From Candidatus Geocrenenecus sp. JGI 0000106-J15 (GTDB taxonomy: Archaea > Thermoproteota > Nitrososphaeria_A > Caldarchaeales > Wolframiiraptoraceae): a stretch of 24,000 nt of DNA. How positions within the stretch are numbered: position 1 is the stretch's first letter; the number at the start of each line of letters is the position of its first letter. Location of the stretch: the NCBI GenBank assembly GCA_000405685.1, contig ASPF01000017.1, forward strand, positions 4,984 to 28,983. Direction: 5' to 3'. The position numbers and the translations under genes were made by a program. The notes under the pieces are model-generated. The model made no database searches, had not been told where the DNA came from, and was given only the letters and a program-made list of their open reading frames with translations. Shown in pieces: positions 23,802-24,000 of the stretch.

Positions 23802-23828
23802 ACGGTAAGCGGCCAGTAGGTGGATCAT

Positions 23829-24000
23829 ATGCTTGAATTGTTCACTCTAATGGGGTTCATCGATGGTTTGAGTATTTGTAATATTAGTCTAACTGCTCTC
23901 TTTATCTCTTTAATGTATTCTACACAATTAGATAGAGGGACAGTGATGATTCTAGGTTTATCCTATGTCATTGGAGTGTTTTCTTCATATCTAGCAGTAG
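23829..24000 (+). CDS. CcdA/DsbD-like transmembrane thiol-disulfide electron-transfer protein, N-terminal fragment (continues beyond the window)
   Basis: My own translation is MLELFTLMGFIDGLSICNISLTALFISLMYSTQLDRGTVMILGLSYVIGVFSSYLAV. The G..DG...C motif in the first TM helix resembles DsbD/CcdA-family TM1. Only 57 codons are visible. Confidence 0.5.
   Translation, partial: MLELFTLMGFIDGLSICNISLTALFISLMYSTQLDRGTVMILGLSYVIGVFSSYLAV

Noticed and set aside
1-24000. CRISPR arrays, transposases or IS elements, toxin-antitoxin pairs and known defence-system genes
   Set aside because: I looked for regularly spaced repeats and for characteristic protein motifs in all listed ORFs and found none. The window looks like core metabolic and envelope functions rather than a defence or mobile island.

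Overview
This is an AT-rich, very gene-dense window that reads as chromosomal DNA from a thermophilic archaeon, probably crenarchaeote-like. That inference rests on five things. The tRNA is GC-rich in an AT-rich background. The DUF211 and TIGR00267-type families are archaeal. AglH-like and DUF354 glycosylation genes are present. First genes have TATA-like boxes about 25 nt upstream of the start codon. Internal operon genes are preceded by GGTGA-type Shine-Dalgarno motifs. I computed no composition statistics and ran no searches, so every family call comes from motifs read in the supplied translations.

Content in order:
- The 3' end of an FdrA-like gene, followed by a small unlisted ORF.
- A minus-strand CoxG plus three-subunit molybdenum hydroxylase operon (large, FAD and 2Fe-2S subunits) that lacks the CO-dehydrogenase signature.
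- A divergent metal-dependent cyclase/formamidase-family gene.
- A protein with a DUF523/TudS-like 3-Cys N-terminal domain and an unassigned C-terminal half.
- A BMP-family (nucleoside-type) ABC transporter: binding protein on one strand, two permeases and a duplicated ATPase on the other.
- A 1.2 kb non-coding gap, unusual for this window, containing tRNA-Glu(UUC) and a decayed small gene.
- A glycosylation and lipid block: a type-I membrane protein with ribophorin-I-like architecture, a DUF354/Agl24-like glycosyltransferase, an AglH-like GlcNAc-1-P transferase, a small 2-TM ORF, a Gfo/Idh/MocA oxidoreductase, and a MenA-like prenyltransferase coupled to a radical SAM/SPASM enzyme.
- MtnA.
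- An iron-related block: a VIT1-like protein, DUF211, an FTR1 permease, an anchored Cys-containing protein and a CcdA/DsbD-like fragment.

I saw no CRISPR array, transposase, rRNA or recognisable defence genes. The most interesting candidates are the eukaryote-like N-glycosylation initiation cluster with a possible ribophorin-I/OST1-like protein, the TudS-like fusion protein, the prenyltransferase and radical SAM pair, and the FTR1/Cys-protein/CcdA iron module.
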